Assembly: GCA_964199315.1 (NCBI GenBank)
Contig: OZ116703.1
Location: 992,001 to 1,056,000, forward strand
From: Orbicella franksi
Lineage: Eukaryota
Reading direction: 5' to 3'
DNA: 64,000 bases
Both the position numbers and the translations under genes were made by a program. Positions 1-10,900 of the stretch are shown here, piece by piece (within the stretch, counting starts at the first letter, position 1; the number at the start of each line of letters is the position of its first letter). The notes below the pieces were generated by a model that was given only the letters and a program-made list of their open reading frames with translations, ran no database searches and was not told the origin of the DNA.

Positions 1-176
1 ATACGTTCGTCCATAACACGAACAGAAGTCGACGATTGTTTGGCGATTTCCATGTTGTTTGCAGGTCTGACTCGCACAACAACTTTCATATTGCTGTTTT
101 TATCTCCATTAACTTGCGATCGTCTCGACGATGAAGAACGTTTTCTCGAAGGGCAGTTTTCTGAGGTTTGGACCAT
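1..176 (-). CDS. KIF18: Kinesin-8 (KIF18A/B-like) motor protein, first coding exon; gene continues off the left edge
   Basis: Reverse strand from aaaATGG at 176 reads MVQTSENCPSRKRSSSSRRSQVNGDKNSNMKVVVRVRPANNMEIAKQSSTSVRVMDER. MKVVVRVRP is the kinesin motor start and matches KIF18A (HMKVVVRVRPEN) better than KIF19. Confidence 0.8.
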   Translation of the reverse strand, partial: MVQTSENCPSRKRSSSSRRSQVNGDKNSNMKVVVRVRPANNMEIAKQSSTSVRVMDER

Positions 177-229
177 TTTGTCTGTGTTCTAGCTGAAATG
201 CGAATTCCAAATTATTTTGTAGTGTTGTT

Positions 230-530
230 GATTTCCATTGATCGGCTTTCTGCTTAGCGTCCATGCGACACATTTGAATTTCGAACGTTTACCACAAGCT
301 CTTCGCTGATTGGTCAGAATTCCCGGGGCGTATTTTGTTAGCAGGGAGGGAAGGGATGAGGCGGTTTAGTTTCAATATTGCTTTTCAGATCTTGCACAGA
401 AATAACAAATAAAAATTTTAGATTTGTAATGAAATCGCGAAATAATAGATATTGTTGTGTACCGAAGCACGTTACGTGTATGCGAATGAGAATGTTTGAA
501 TATAAGAAAACCCTTTGATTCGCCGCCCGG
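230..530 (-). promoter_or_regulatory. Putative proximal promoter of the kinesin-8 gene
   Basis: CCAAT on minus (ATTGG 309-313), CHR-like TTTGAA at 273-278 and 495-500, E2F-like TTTCGCG on minus near 435-442. Short motifs only. Confidence 0.4.
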
Positions 531-625
531 TTCACCTCATTCCCAGGCTCTCACCCATCTGCAAGGTTGGTGATGCGATGTCAAAACGGTAACCCGGTCT
601 GTTATCTCTGTGAAACGAGGACCAG

Positions 626-756
626 ATGGCGGATGGCGGCGGGTGGCGGGTGGCGGGTAGCGGGTAGCGGGTAGCGGGTAGCGGGTAGCGGGTAGCGGGT
701 GGCGGGTGGCGGGTAGCGGGTGGCGGATGGCGGATGCGGATGCGGATGGCGGATGA
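626..756. repeat. G-rich heptamer tandem repeat (GCGGGTA/GCGGGTG)n grading into GCGGAT(G) units
   Basis: Directly visible; produces the spurious PPATRYP ORF 532..885. Confidence 0.9.
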
Positions 757-988
757 CAAAATGTGGAAGGAAAAATGAAGATGGAAAATGGCGAATGACG
801 ATGTGCGGCCGGTAAAATCCGGATGAGAGGAAAGGCAGTAGTCGATTTTCAATATTTTAAGCAGGAGAAGTGGAATATCCGTCATCAGAATTCGACCATC
901 ACGGTAAGATAATACCGTTGTTGCCTCTGATGGCTGGCGGTAATGATAATATTTGTGAGATTAATGCTCCTTTTGGTTCGCTAAAAAG

Positions 989-1340
989 CCCGGTACTCAC
1001 TTCCGACGCAAGCATAAGCATCAGCATCAACACAAGAAGCTTATGCGCTAGTGAGGACGGCCGCGACATAAGCATCGGCGCAGGCCTTCTGCTTATGCTT
1101 TTGTTTCTGTCGCAGTTATGTTCAGTGAGGACATGGTTAGCATGAGCATAAAGTGCACGCTGATTGGCTGAAAGTCTTCCGCTTATGTTTATGCTTACGC
1201 TTACTAGTATGCCAACCATGTCCCTCCTCTGGACATAACAGCAACATAAGCATAAGCATAAGAAAAACGCAAGGTTTCTGGACATAACAGAAACATAAGC
1301 ATAAGAACAACGCAAGGTATATTCGTAAGCTTATGCCTAG
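989..1340. repeat. Fold-back MITE-like repeat built from AGCATA/TATGCT units
   Basis: Internal inverted repeats, e.g. gttatgttcagtgaggacatggttagcat (~1115-1143) versus the reverse complement of atgccaaccatgtccctcctctggacataac (~1209-1239). Confidence 0.6.
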
Positions 1341-1370
1341 CCGTCCGCAAAGTGGCGCATTCACCTCTTT

Positions 1371-1610
1371 TAAAAAAATTATACATCCGTAGACTTTATT
1401 GGAATCCAAGCCATTGCTTCTTTCTTCTAGTATCGTTTGCGCTAATCATTTCTAGTCCTGTGATCATTTGCAAGCATGTACCAATCTCACTAGCTGAACA
1501 TTTACAATGCAGGTTCATAAGGGTTGACGAGGAAAGCGTGCAAGACTTTCATGTCAAATGGACAGCGGGATCTTTGAGTCCTCAGCTCCTCCCGCTATCG
1601 TTTCCACCTT
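1371..1610 (+). repeat. Copy 1 of a ~250 bp duplicated segment (copy 2 at ~9991-10260)
   Basis: Shared blocks tacatccg.agac...ggaatccaagccatt and gttcataa.ggttgacg.ggaaagcgtgcaagact..catg.caaatggacagcg..atctttgagtcctcagct.ctcccgcta. Confidence 0.85.
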
Positions 1611-2989
1611 CTTCTGTCCTTTTCTATAAACTGGTCTCCAGAATCAAACTAGTAACACCACATTCTATCGCGCGCGCACGAGCGCAACCTTTATTATGAC
1701 ACACACACACTTCAGTCTTCAGAACAAATTCAGGTTTTCGGTTGTGGCTGGAGTTTCGGCTGTCAACATTCAAAATGGTTTTTGTAACTTGCTGGTTAGC
1801 GTTTATTGCTGTTAGCAATGTCATTGGACGTTTTACTAAGAATCGTTGCGATGAAAGGTAAGGCTAAAGAACAAACATAATACTTTTCTAATGTCGAATG
1901 AGAGAAAAAAATTATTTCAAGTCCGTGGACTACTTCAAGTTCTCCAATGGCGGCGGCTTATTGTAAAATGTTCTACGACTTTCGCTTTTCGCTAATATGA
2001 TCACGAGAAAAAGGAACTTTCAAGATTTTTTTAGCAATATTTAGAACGGCGTTTTCAAAGTATAATGAAACCAGCCGTTATGAGCAGAAAGAAAACGCGT
2101 TTTATCGATTCGTCCTATCGGTGCACCGTGTCCATGGCGACAGTGTAAACAAAAGGATCGCGCGCGGCGCGCGGAACATTTATTCGCATTTAGCCATTTA
2201 CTCGGAAGCATAAGTAAATTAATATCAACACGGCTTAGTTACCAGACAAGTTAGATAGCACGCAGCGCTGACTCCGACACATCGTTTCAAACTTTAACCC
2301 CGTTGTTGGAATAAATTCTCAACGCAGAGAAGTTCATAATATTTACGCAATCAAAGAATTTTGTCATGTGTGATATCTCAGAATCCCATTGGTCGAAGAA
2401 GTTAGCTTACGTCATCCTGAAGCCGCGTGCGACTGGGTGCGAGTGTAAAACGGAGGGTAGTGCTGGGGTTTGTGCTTGATAAAGAGTTTGCTTTGAAACG
2501 TACGGAATTTTTCGAAGTTTATGCGAAGCGTTTCTGACCCACCTTTTAGGAAAAGCCAGACGAAAAGCTACCCTGCATGCCGGCATAAAAAAACTCAGCT
2601 CAGAAAGAACACGAACACCCCTGTCCTATAAGTTCAAGTAGCGACTCGTGGTTTCGCTCGTCGGAGCCAGCAAAGAGAGTCCGCAGCAAAAAACGTAGCG
2701 ATTATCGCGAAGGACTATGCGATATCAGAATACGATTTCGATTCAGGAACTATTATTATAAATTGTTATGAGAAACGAGATTTCGATTCAGCAATCATAA
2801 TTTGAAATCACTATTAGAACTGCGATTTCGATCGCTCGATCAGTTCGCAACGACTAGAGTTGCTGGCGAAATAGTATCCTTGTAACAGCATATCCAGAGA
2901 ATTTTCCAGTCTTCTCGCGAAGAGAAACTGTTTTTCTTTCTAAGGTAAACCCAATCATAACACACCAATAACTTTTTTTTGGTTTTCAG

Positions 2990-5900
2990 CGACAATACAG
3001 TGAAGGGAGAGGAGGTATCAGTTCACAAGAAGGTAAGAGATTGAGTAAGAAAAACGTGTTAGTAGAACACAGCGGTTTATATAGCTGAATGCATAAGATG
3101 CCTCTCACACGAAAATACCAGTGTGAATTAAAGCGTAAAAATTTTAAAGTCGTTAAGTTGTTAGTGCACTAAATTAAAGGTAAAAGGTTAAAGTATATTT
3201 TTCTCTTGTGCTTCTTTTGTTCAGACAAGAACAAGAAAACGAAAGAACACGGAACAACACGAGTACTGTGAGGAAAATAAAGTTCGTCGAAAGGAAGTGC
3301 ATGCTCAGTGGCTCAACAATTTATCCAACTGCACCGAGGTTAAAGTCCTTGGAGAAGGAGCTTTCGGAAAAGTAGGAAAATTTAAAATTAAGAATAACTA
3401 TACTTCAGGAATTCCAATCTTAAGCGAATCTTTAGTCCACAAAGTTTGAAATTTGTTGCGTTTGCTCGTAGAGTCTTCAGAGAAGTCTCACTTCTGACAA
3501 TTCTAATTTAATTTCTAGCGAGCATTACGTGAAAATTAGCCATTTCAGAGAACTAGTATTGTATGTGTGGGTTGGTGTTATATAAAACACTTCAATGGCG
3601 GATCATGGCAATACAGTAACGCATTCATTTTACTCCTGTTATTTAGGTAAGCCTATATCGACAGAATGACACCAAAATGGATTATGCCGTCAAGGAATTA
3701 AAAAAATTTGATCCAGACAGTTACGAGATCGAGAGAAAAATCTTGGAGCTCGGTAATTCCACTTGGAATCTTTTTCTGTCCGCACTTTGTGGAGAGTTCT
3801 TTTACAAGGTATGTGAAAATCGAATGCCACTTGATCAGTTAGCTAAGCTTTCCAACTACCCCAGGGTTTCGACTAAAACACAGGGCAGCAATTGATCGTT
3901 TACAGCCATTTTAGTTTGCATGCTCTCACTACCCCTCCCTCACTTCCCCCCCCCCCACCCCCCTCTGGAGATAAGTCTGAGGTTTGCCTCCAGTCTTTTC
4001 CCGGAAGAGGGCTTGACGGTGGCTAATATTCCTTTGGGTGTATCTACAGTAAGAGTTATCGTGTAACTCACGGAAAAACGAATTTAGCTTTGTTTGAAAG
4101 CCTGATGATCGTCAGACGATCTTGCAGCGATTGTTTTCTGTTGTTGTCTTGAAATCTCTGTTTATTGTTAACCACATGTTTCTTTCCCGTGTGCGATTGG
4201 TACAAGCACGTCACGTGACGCACCCAGAAGTGGAAAGTAACCGAGGTTATTATTCTCTAGCAATACCCCTAACGTGCTAAAGGCGAGTTTGCATTTCATA
4301 ATACTGTAACAATAACTGGCCGTATCCTATATGATCAATTTCCTTCCATTCTGTTCACATTTCAGGGCTGCCGTTATTTGGTATTGGAGTTTATGCTCGC
4401 AGGGGACCTGCAGAAGGTTTTCGAGATGCACAAAAAACGGTTCAGCGAATTGCAAGCGAGGTAAGATGAAATCGAAAATGTAACGCGTTTGCGGCGCCGT
4501 GCCGTCATCGAGTCGTTAATATATAATTGCATATCTAGAGTTCACAGGCCCATAGAGATAAAGACTATCTATCATCACAGGCTCCCAATGTGTGCAGAAA
4601 AGTAGCACAGCTGCATTTTAAACATTTAGCCTTATTGGCATAAAATACGAGGAGAAATAACTGTATTTAAAACGATTAGTTTTATGATAAACAAAGTTAA
4701 GATGAAGTGTCTTAATGGTTCTTTGGAAGGCAACAAACATTTGATGCTCGATATTTTCAAAGTGTAACTCCAATTTATAATGCCTGTTCTCTAATAATAC
4801 AAATAGTCTCATTATTGTGATGTTTTCATTCTTTATGGTTTTAGATTCTACATCGCTGAAATTATCTGTGGGTTAGAGTTTCTACACTTGCAAGGAGTGG
4901 TCCATAGGTAAAATAGATGTTGCTTCATTTTACAGCACTTTTTTTTATTAATTACCACACACTTGAATACGTACAATACGGCTACCCACACTCGTTAGAG
5001 TACAGTGCGGCTACCAGAGCGATTTTTATTTTAGCGTCGAAAAGTAATTGACTTTGCACTTAGTACGCTACGCGATTGGCTTAAAAAACTCGCGCCAATT
5101 TTAAGACCAAAACCAATCGTTACTCGTTCGCACTCGTTTTCCCGCGCTTCGTGTCATTTTATTACTTCGAGTTTTGATTGGTTCACTTTATTGTCTATGT
5201 CCTTTGTGATTGGCTAGAGTGATTACTTTGGTTTTGGTTTTACGGCACTCAGTTGAAACCGCACTAACATTTCTAACAAAACTAATACCTGGTAAAAATT
5301 TTAAAATGATCTCTGGCTAAAGCGATTAAAAATTACAAGCTTTCGACCGCCTGAAATGCAGTCTTCAACAGGGTAAAATGTCAAAACTAATACCACTCAA
5401 TTTATACAAAGTCTCTTAAAGATTTCCAATCTATCAAAGCATATTATATGTCCATGTTGAGGAGAATTTGTATGGACAGAGTAGATAGGCCATCTTTACT
5501 GATGAGCTTTGGAAATTTTCACAAGTCAGTCATTTTGCTACTCTTCAGCTTAAATTGTCAACGATGATTCGGCGACTTGTCATAGATTTAAATGACTTGT
5601 ACCCAGTCCTCTCATGCTTTGCGCATGCACTAATATTGGGGAATTAGAACTACTTTGTATGGAAGCCACTTCAAATTCTTGTAACTGTTTCTATCTTTCA
5701 TTTTATTACGACAGAGACTTGAAGCTTCAGAACGTCCTTATGGATGAGGAGGGACACCTCAAACTCGCCGACTTTGGTCTGGCAGTGGATGACATGTTGC
5801 TGGGAGAGAAAATCGAAGAAGATTGGGAAACCGGGACACCTTCATATATGGCGCCTGAGGTATGTCTAATCTCAAGCCTCGAAAATGAAAAATTATTGGA

Positions 5901-8559
5901 AATTATAGTGTCTGACTCAGGTCATCGGGTGAGAAGAGCTAGAATATGAACTGTCCCACCTCCTTTTCAATATTAGTCGAGTAAGCCTGTACGCGAACTG
6001 ACGAGCACACTAGCAGACGAGCACGCGAGCACACGAGCACACGAGCACACGAGCACACGAGCACACGAGCACACGAGTACACGAGCACACGAGCACACGA
6101 GCACACGAGCACACGAGCACACGAACACACGAGCACACGAGCACACGAGCACTCGAATTCTCGAGCACACAAGCACGTAAGAACGCGTTCCCACTCGAAA
6201 AATATGATTGCACGAGGAGACTCGTCTCACGCGAGGTGATTTTCGCGCGAGTCTGTATGCTCGTTCCCTGAGCAAAATAAGAGACTCTTTTTAGTCCAAA
6301 TTGGTGAGGAGATGAACAAACAGATTTATGTTTGTCTTCGCTTTTTGTTTTAATCTCTCTGTGTTATTATCTGAGATCCTGTCTGATCTTGTCAAGTGTC
6401 GCTCTACATGCTCTTTATACACCTCACTACATTAAAATCGATGGCAACCGCGTGACTTCATTCTCATTATGACTTTTTTTCAGGTAATTGAACACCAGCC
6501 ATATGATTCCTGTTGTGACTGGTGGTCGCTTGGAGTGATGCTTTACTATATGCTCACATCCATGGTTTGTGACAGAAGTTGTGATTATCCAAGTTAAAAG
6601 TGGCTTTAGTTTCAGCTGTCGATACTCTTGTAATAGTTTTCAGAAACTCGATGGAAGAACTTCGATACTGTTTTAGGATAATCGGTAAATTCCGGTCCCT
6701 GAGGAACGAAGGAGGCCTGGACTCATTTGTGCAGACGCGTTTAACTTAAGCAACTCGGTCGAAAAAAAATTGCATTGAGCAGTAATTTGTTTTAGATGCA
6801 AAAGCACTTAATTTTTTTCCTTATGTGTTCGTTTTTTTTCTTTTAAAGTAACAAGGAAAAAATATAATTCTTTACGATAGCTCTTAGAGTCATGAATAAA
6901 CACCATCATTTTTCGCGCTACAGTGTTCAAGGAGGTCTGGGGCCTCTGGAAATAGGACACCATTTGACGTCAGTAACCATGAATCAAGGCCTTGAATCAA
7001 GACCATGCCCGGTTTGATGTATTTTTTCTTCATGAACAGATGCCGTTTCCTCAAAAAGTCATCCAAGACCTCTATAACGCAATAGTTACAGACGAGGTGG
7101 AATATAGGCGTAAATTGTCTGTGATTGCTTGGAATTTGCTAACACAGGTAGGTAGACATAGTGCAGAGTAAAATTCCTTTTCTATTCCAAAACTAACGAT
7201 TACATATATTCAGAGAGAGCTGAGTTTATGACAGCTCTTCTGACATGCATTTTTCCCTCCTCATATAAAGACAACTTCTTTTTCTTCCATCAGTTGAAAG
7301 TCACTTTTAAACTACATGTTTATGTTTGAAGAACCGAGGGTTTCATTGCGCTGTAGGAAGATAACTTCAAATACTGACGCATTTTTTCAGCTGCCACAAT
7401 TCTAGATATTTTAGACATTCGCACTTATCATATGCACCTCGTTGGGCTATACATATGTCTCTTAGAATTACAATATCTTAACCTTGGTTTGTTTTCTCAA
7501 GCTCTTGGAAAAGAACCCCTTGAGAAGGATTGGTTATAAGGGTGGATCAAACCCGTGGATCAGAAGGCATGGGTTCTTCCAGGCCTTAAACTGGGACGAA
7601 CTTGAACAACGAAACATCAAGCCGCCCTGGAATCCAAGAAAAAGAATTTTGCTCGAGTAAGGATTCTTTTAAAACAAACAAACACACATACATAATGTAA
7701 AATACATTTATGCATTGTGTATGATATGATTCTGAACGAGATGGGACATAGCCAGTCATTCTGTCACAAAAGTGTCATCAGTCATTTTAGCTTTCTTTGA
7801 CAGCGAAAAAGGGTGTTTTTAGCTGTCTTCCTTTGCAGAGGGACGTCTTTTCCTGTTGATGGTTTTGTCTTGTTAAGCTGGTTGTGTTTTCAAAAAAACA
7901 GCAGAATAAGACAAAACTATTAGCAGAAAAAATGATCAAAATGTAAATATGAATGTCAGCCGGCTTATGAGCCTGTCTGTGTGTCTGTGTGGATTTATGT
8001 ATGTGTCTGAACATTGCATTTTCAATTTGATACCACAACCTTGCAATGTGCATTAGTTACCCATTATATCACTACTTTTATAGCTTCAATACACTTATTT
8101 AAAAGTTGATAGCAAAACTAGACAATTATAATTAGGCATCCATCAACATTAGGGTTTTCAGTTTACATGTTCATGACAGTGCCCTTTAACCACAGCATTC
8201 GCTAACGTTAAGGATTCTGTCCCACATATTACAAGCTATAGGTGACGCTATTTTAGACTATGTTAGGCGATTGTGTTACATAAAATGACCGAAACAATTT
8301 TAGTTGTTGGTCCAATTCAAAGACTCTAAGATCAGAACCAACAATCAATAAAGTCGTGATCTATCTTTGCAGGTGTGAGGCAAAAATGGAGAAACAAGGG
8401 AAGTCCTCTCCTGGCTGTAAGAGTTCCTCTGAGAGTTCCAATAAGACTCCCTGTGCTTCCGCTTCTTACTCTGCTTCGTGTGTTTCCGCTGAAGGCATTA
8501 AGGATGAAGATGGTGTCTCTTGTTCTCCTTCAGCGACCGACAATACTTTAACTCCATAG
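2990..8559 (+). CDS. PKC-like AGC-group Ser/Thr kinase, multi-exon; N-terminus unresolved
   Basis: Phase-consistent exons 2990-3032, 3225-3371, 3647-3808, 4366-4460, 4845-4907, 5715-5859, 6484-6564, 7040-7147, 7502-7656, 8373-8559. Motifs: [83 protein letters not shown] further exon at 2889-2944 is possible. Confidence 0.88.
5016..5266. mobile_element. MITE-like non-autonomous element in kinase intron
   Basis: Imperfect TIR (cagagcgattttta / gaaaccgcacta) and internal GATTGG / ttggttttggtttt motifs of a high-copy family I recognise from memory. Confidence 0.55.
6001..6177. repeat. Octamer tandem repeat (GAGCACAC)n, about 20 units, intronic
   Basis: Directly visible; gives the spurious ARVLVCSC ORFs. 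Confidence 0.92.
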
Positions 8560-9156
8560 AAAAGTTGAAATCATTGAACAAACAAGTGATGAGAAAAGAA
8601 ACTCATCAATCAGAAGAACACTGAAAATCTATTCAGATGGAAACCAAGGCTTTGATGATCTCGGTCTTAGAGAATGGAGTAAACAATGAAGAAAATTGTA
8701 AACTGCTGGATACGTACTGTTCTGATGTACCCATGTACCGGTATTTAGCCAGCAAAATTACATCTAAGATCGAGTTCGGTGCCTCGTGAAGCAAAGTGCA
8801 TTTAATTATGGCCAGTAGTAGATCATTTGCGGGCCGGTACAGATCTCTTTCCTTTCACCGTTCGTTTGCCCGCAATTATGTCGAGGACTCACGAGTCCAA
8901 GGATCACCGACTGAATCAGCTATTTTGGTTATCTATAACGGATTTGAGAGAACCCAACACTGCAAGCACTATGCTTCGGTTAACCATAGGCTGCTGTTCA
9001 ATATTTCTTCCCTTTTCTTTATCGTATTTGGCAAGGGGGTCGCGGATCCCGATTTGTTCGAATCCTATCCGTGCGGATACACCAAGGTCATTCTGGATGA
9101 CGTGAACATACACAACGTCGACAATTTATTAAATTTGTAAATATGTACGAAGTTTT

Positions 9157-9347
9157 CCCCTGCTGGCCGGCGCGTCTTCAGACGGATCACCTTCGGGTGG
9201 GACAGGGTCAGCAGGGGTACAAAAATATTTGTCAATTTTTAATCTTAAAAAGTTTTTGAAAATTTTTTAAATATATACGTAGTTTTCCCCTGCTGGCCGG
9301 CGCGTCTTCGGACGGATCACCTTCGGGTGGGACAGGGCCAGTAGGGG
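9157..9347 (+). other. Two tandem copies (130-nt period) of a 61-nt GC-rich three-way-junction motif with two UUCG-type hairpins
   Basis: Copies at 9157-9217 and 9287-9347: CCCCTGCTGGCC-ggcg-CGTC(ttca/ttcg)GACG-gat-CACC(ttcg)GGTG-ggacag-GG(T/C)CAG(C/T)AGGGG. Confidence 0.7.
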
Positions 9348-9990
9348 TAAAAAAATATTGTAAATTTTTAGTATCATAAAATTAAATTGAGTTTCATTGA
9401 AAATTGCTTCTCCGTCTCTTTTTTTCCTACTTACCCCAGAATGCGCCTCAAGGACTCTTTCCAGGTCCTCCATTGTGACGTAGGGCCTTTTGAAGACGTC
9501 AGATCCTTCTCGGGTCGTGACCTCACGGGGGTGTGTCCAAAATGACCGTTTTGGTCATGTGGGCGATATCCGGCTTTCTTATTGATTCATTCAAAAAATA
9601 CTGTGCTCTGATTGGCTTCTCTGCATACCGACTACGTATACTACTTATTCCTGTTTTTTAAAATTATTTTCAGTATTCTGTTCCTTGTCATAATCCCCTA
9701 CACCGCAAATACTGAGGAACGAAACGCAAGCCAGCGCAAGGGCGAACAAGTCTAAACCAAAAGATGAATTTAAGAGCTGACGTCAATCATCTTCGTCTCT
9801 AGTTTTTGAGCTACTTCCTTTACCACTATCTGAGCGTAGATCCTGTGTTCGCAATTTTTGGGTTAGGTTTTCCCTCGAACTGTCGGACAGCGAACGTTCG
9901 CTATACTTTCGAGTTTGGTGGAGAGTGAGAATTCCCGAGTACTTCTCGTTTTTATTGTTGCCTTTATGCCTGACACCACTTAGGATAATT

Positions 9991-10260
9991 TAAAAAATTA
10001 ATATATACATCCGCAGACGTTTCATGGAATCCAAGCCATTCCTACTTTCTTTTTGCGGTACATTTGCGGGAATCATTTCCAGCACTGGGATCATTTGCGG
10101 TCCATTTTAGGGATCATTTGCGGGCCTGTACAAATCTCACTGACTGAACTTTTACAATGCCGGTTCATAAAGGTTGACGGGGAAAGCGTGCAAGACTTCC
10201 ATGCCAAATGGACAGCGAAATCTTTGAGTCCTCAGCTTCTCCCGCTATTGTTCCTCCCCC
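9991..10260 (+). repeat. Copy 2 of the ~250 bp duplicated segment (copy 1 at 1371-1610)
   Basis: Same blocks as copy 1, with a better preserved gggatcatttgcgg repeat inside. Confidence 0.85.
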
Positions 10261-10900
10261 TCAAAAGGTCAAGAGTCTAAACAGAGTAGAACGCTCGGTC
10301 GTGGCCGCCCGCGTGTGAATTCATCACTTCACGGTTTACCACGCAAAATGAAAATGAGCAGCTGGTAATTGTATTCACTGTTCGTAGAGTTCAACCCCTT
10401 TATGGGCTCAAGCCCTACATAGAGCGGAAAGGCAAAGCACAGGGATACCATGATCACGGTCCCAAGTGCAGTTTAAAAAAGAAAACACTCGGATATGAGC
10501 AAACTATTCTTTCTTTTTCAGAGTCCTTTTCAAGCACTATATTACATTTCTGTAAATATGCAGACAGGTATAACAAGTAAATAAACTTTATGACCGTGAT
10601 TTGTGAAAAAAGGTGAGTTTCTAGCGGTCTTTTTTACCGTCAAACACACCCCTACAGTAGGGGGTGTGTTTTGGGGCCCTACTATTGACAACCTTCAAGA
10701 CATCGTTTTGTCAGTTTTCCTATGTTCTCAGCCAATCAAACAACAGCCCTCAAGCGCACCTAGCTGCACGTGGCCGCATTGATTATCCCGCCTCTTCGCA
10801 ACTTGATCTCGTCCCCAGTTGTCCCCAGGTGCTTAGCAAAGGACCGCGGCCTCTGCTCTGGGAACGAGACTGGCCTTCATGAAAAAAACACTCAGGTTGG

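Noticed and set aside
532-885. 117-aa ORF with PPATRYP repeats
   Set aside because: Translation of a heptamer tandem repeat.
2874-2882. GTATCCTT, a U12-type donor consensus upstream of the kinase exons
   Set aside because: No matching U12 branch site downstream and no supporting upstream exon could be built.
5939-6275. Several ORFs with ARVLVCSC repeats
   Set aside because: Translation of the octamer tandem repeat inside an intron.
9150-9190. CTGAAGA...GAAA on the minus strand of the first UUCG unit suggested a hammerhead; GGCCGGC...GGGAC on plus suggested an HDV ribozyme
   Set aside because: No stem II or III can form and copy 2 has CCGAAGA; the HDV P1 3' strand and nested pseudoknot are absent.
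9187-9201. tcaccttcgggtggg matches the core of the phage T7 Te terminator / common vector part as I recall it
   Set aside because: The match is only ~15 nt, explained by a shared cUUCGg hairpin; there is no U-tract or other vector sequence, and the two diverged copies argue against contamination.
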